From a virus (lineage: Duplodnaviria; Caudoviricetes): a stretch of 30,391 nt of DNA. Below the pieces are notes generated by a model. That model ran no database searches. It was not told the DNA's origin and was given only the letters and a program-made list of their open reading frames with translations. The position numbers and the translations under genes were made by a program. Positions 28,405 to 30,391 of the stretch are shown one piece after another (within the stretch, counting starts at the first letter, position 1; the number at the start of each line of letters is the position of its first letter). The stretch is from IMG/VR virus record IMGVR_UViG_3300008450_000297, positions 1-30,391 of that record; one strand, 5' to 3'.

Positions 28405-29019
28405 ATGAATAAACAATTATTAATAGACCATATTCCTTTTAATGTAGCTAAACTACAACCCATTAACGAAGGTAAAACACCTAGTGATGGGATGATGCGT
28501 ATTAAAGGCAAATTACAAGAAGCCAATAAAAAGAATGGTAATGGACGTGTTTACCCGTTAAAAACATTAAAAGTACAAATCGACAAATACATGAATGGTC
28601 CTATGACCTCTAGAACATCAACTGGAGAATTAGACCATCCTGAATCATCTATTATTAACTTAAGCAATATATCCCATTTAATTACAAAAATATGGTGGGA
28701 AGGTAATGACGTAATGGGTGAACTAACTTTATTAAACACACCTTCTGGTAAAATAGCACAAGAAATTATTAGAGCAGGTATACCTTTAGGTATATCATCA
28801 AGAGGTATGGGTTCAGTTAAACAAATTGGTGAAACTGTTGAAGTACAAGATGACTTTGAGTTACTATGTTGGGATCTTGTAAGTGTACCTTCAACCCCTG
28901 AAGCCTATATGACATTAGCTGAAGGAAAACAATATAAATCTATTAAAGATTATACAAAAGTAAACGAATTAATTACAGAAATTATATGTACTCAAACAGG
29001 AGTATGTAGTTTATGTTAA
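28405..29019 (+). CDS. Prohead core protease (T4 gp21-like serine peptidase)
   Basis: NGNGRVYP, GELDHP (catalytic His), GISSRGMGS (catalytic Ser) and WDLVSVPS. Confidence 0.95.
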   Translation: MNKQLLIDHIPFNVAKLQPINEGKTPSDGMMRIKGKLQEANKKNGNGRVYPLKTLKVQIDKYMNGPMTSRTSTGELDHPESSIINLSNISHLITKIWWEGNDVMGELTLLNTPSGKIAQEIIRAGIPLGISSRGMGSVKQIGETVEVQDDFELLCWDLVSVPSTPEAYMTLAEGKQYKSIKDYTKVNELITEIICTQTGVCSLC

Positions 29020-29038
29020 AATAATAATATTTATAATT

Positions 29039-29383
29039 ATGAAAACACAATTAAACGAACAATTTAAAAGAATGCAGCGATTAGCTAATATTACTGAAGC
29101 TGCCGATCAAAAAATGCAAGATATAGCATTAAAATTTTCTAATACTGCCCCAAATACACCTCCAGGTGCTAAAGCAGGAGAAACTCCTAAAACAAGTGAT
29201 GTAACTAATTTAACTAAATTAATGACAACTAATACATCTCTTTTAAATAGATTAAAAACAGTTAATAGTAACAATGAAATAATTGAATTTTTAACTTATA
29301 TCTTAAATACCATTAATCCTAAAGTAACAGGAGTTAATAGATCTGCTTTAAAAAAGATAATTGACGATAGATTTACCCAATAA
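29039..29383 (+). CDS. Putative head-associated hypothetical protein
   Basis: MKTQLNEQFKRMQRLANITE start; ATATTTAT ends 4 nt before the ATG. Confidence 0.75.
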   Translation: MKTQLNEQFKRMQRLANITEAADQKMQDIALKFSNTAPNTPPGAKAGETPKTSDVTNLTKLMTTNTSLLNRLKTVNSNNEIIEFLTYILNTINPKVTGVNRSALKKIIDDRFTQ

Positions 29384-30219
29384 TGATTAAACTATTAGAT
29401 TTATTAAAAGAAATTAAACTTGGGGAAGCCATAGTAAAAGTACCTCAGGAAATTTTATCTAAATCTAAAGAAGCATTTAATTATATTAAGCAGTATTTAG
29501 AAGATTTAAAAACTAAATCACCTAAAAGTTATCAAAAACCTTATATTGATTCTAAATTTAAGGATTATTTTAAATTTAAAGATCTTAAAAATCAAGACTT
29601 AATTATTAGTATAGGATTATATAATGATCCTGAGGACGCGGGAGCTGGAAGAATGGATACTGTTAATGATGTTTTATTAATTAATTTAGCCTATTTTAAT
29701 CCTGAAGATTTAGAATCTTTTGAAGATATAATAGAACATGAATTAGTTCATGCTATGGATCCTAAAGTTAGAGATAAAAAATTATTTGGTGCTATGTATG
29801 CTAAGAAAGGAGCAGAACCCAGTGGTAATAAATTAAATTTATCTAAAAGTGGAGGTAAATCCGAATATACTACTAATTTTGAAAAGTACCTAAAATCACC
29901 TTGGGAATTTGATGCTTTTACAGCACCATTAATTAATACTATTAAATTTAATTTAAATAAATTCCCCAATGATAATACCTATAGGAATTTACTAATCCAA
30001 TTACTATCAGATATAAAAACTAAAAGTATTGAGCAGATTGTTAATGATAGCAAATATGAAAAATTACCTTGGTTTTTTAGTAAAAAAGAATGGGATTCAA
30101 AAAATTGGGATACTATAAATAATGCATATCAGTCCGAATTATATAAAATGAAAGCTTGGTCAACTAAACCAACTTTATATCAACGTTTTACAAAAAGATT
30201 AGGACAGGAAATAACATAA
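29383..30219 (+). CDS. Putative head-packaged HExxH zincin metallopeptidase
   Basis: MIKLLDLLKE leader; IEHELVHAMD at 29737-29751 with downstream YLKSPWEFDA providing a possible third ligand Glu. Confidence 0.7.
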   Translation: MIKLLDLLKEIKLGEAIVKVPQEILSKSKEAFNYIKQYLEDLKTKSPKSYQKPYIDSKFKDYFKFKDLKNQDLIISIGLYNDPEDAGAGRMDTVNDVLLINLAYFNPEDLESFEDIIEHELVHAMDPKVRDKKLFGAMYAKKGAEPSGNKLNLSKSGGKSEYTTNFEKYLKSPWEFDAFTAPLINTIKFNLNKFPNDNTYRNLLIQLLSDIKTKSIEQIVNDSKYEKLPWFFSKKEWDSKNWDTINNAYQSELYKMKAWSTKPTLYQRFTKRLGQEIT

Positions 30220-30254
30220 TAAATTAACCACTCTATCGATAGTATCGTTAGACA

Positions 30255-30288
30255 GATGCCTCCCCTAAAAAGGAGGTATTTCTTTTTG
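30255..30288 (+). terminator. Intrinsic terminator
   Basis: GATGCCTCC-CCTAAAAA-GGAGGTATT hairpin followed by TCTTTTTG. Confidence 0.8.
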
Positions 30289-30391
30289 CGTTTTTTGTTA
30301 TTTGCATATATGTATATTTGACCACAATGAGCTAATACACATTCTACATTATAGCTCGGTATTAAATATAAAAATACTATTAAGATTTTTA

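Larger units (their letters stand above)
3232..29034 (+). promoter_or_regulatory. Recurrent ATATTTAT motif (putative phage late promoter), 11 copies at gene boundaries
   Basis: Copies start at 3232, 8629, 10963, 15743, 16641, 19356, 20969, 22599, 24539, 26739 and 29027. Each lies just upstream of a gene start, including terminase and portal. Confidence 0.75.
1..30391 (+). mobile_element. Segment of a large T4-like (Caudoviricetes) phage genome, head-morphogenesis region; host probably Bacteroidota
   Basis: Terminase, T4 gp20-like portal and gp21-like protease are present. Genes are dense, on one strand, with ATGA/TAATG overlaps. No host housekeeping genes or integrase seen. Confidence 0.93.

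Noticed and set aside
2773-29969. All minus-strand ORFs in the track (60-151 aa)
   Set aside because: They lie antisense to long, motif-bearing + strand genes and show no recognisable motifs, so they are probably shadow ORFs.
1-30391. Stop-codon reassignment, as in some large phages
   Set aside because: Standard-code ORFs already tile the window and core genes are intact. TGA (4590, 5003, 20303) and TAG (16633) act as plausible stops.

Overview
This window is a 30.4-kb, very AT-rich, gene-dense segment of a large T4-like (myovirus-type) dsDNA phage, with all credible genes on the + strand. It covers the head-morphogenesis region: terminase large subunit (20999-22597), gp20-type portal (22627-24531) and gp21-type prohead protease (28405-29019). 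The scaffold and major capsid genes are probably just beyond the right edge. A Bacteroidota host is likely, based on TTTG-N19/20-TAnnTTT promoters, A-rich Shine-Dalgarno-less starts and a Bacteroidota-style lipoprotein signal. The main unexplained structure is a shared protein grammar across about 15 unrelated ORFs. Seven start with a 10-residue leader, MI(K/R)Lx(D/N)(I/L)xxE, matching the length and terminal Glu of the T4 capsid-targeting sequence. Others carry (L/I)-(I/V)-(K/R)-E leaders. Several large ORFs look like polyproteins whose domains (ADP-ribosyltransferase-like, ParB-like, HExxH zincin, WC-motif, lipoprotein, unknown modules) are joined at repeated gp21-type sites (EVKIQxP, (I/L)KEN, EADI). 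I infer a modular, protease-released capsid cargo system. A conserved ATATTTAT late-promoter candidate precedes these genes, while the interspersed non-structural genes have host-type promoters. A pseudoknot plus terminator RNA element lies upstream of an FAD oxidoreductase gene. All family calls come from recognising motifs by eye; no database searches were run.
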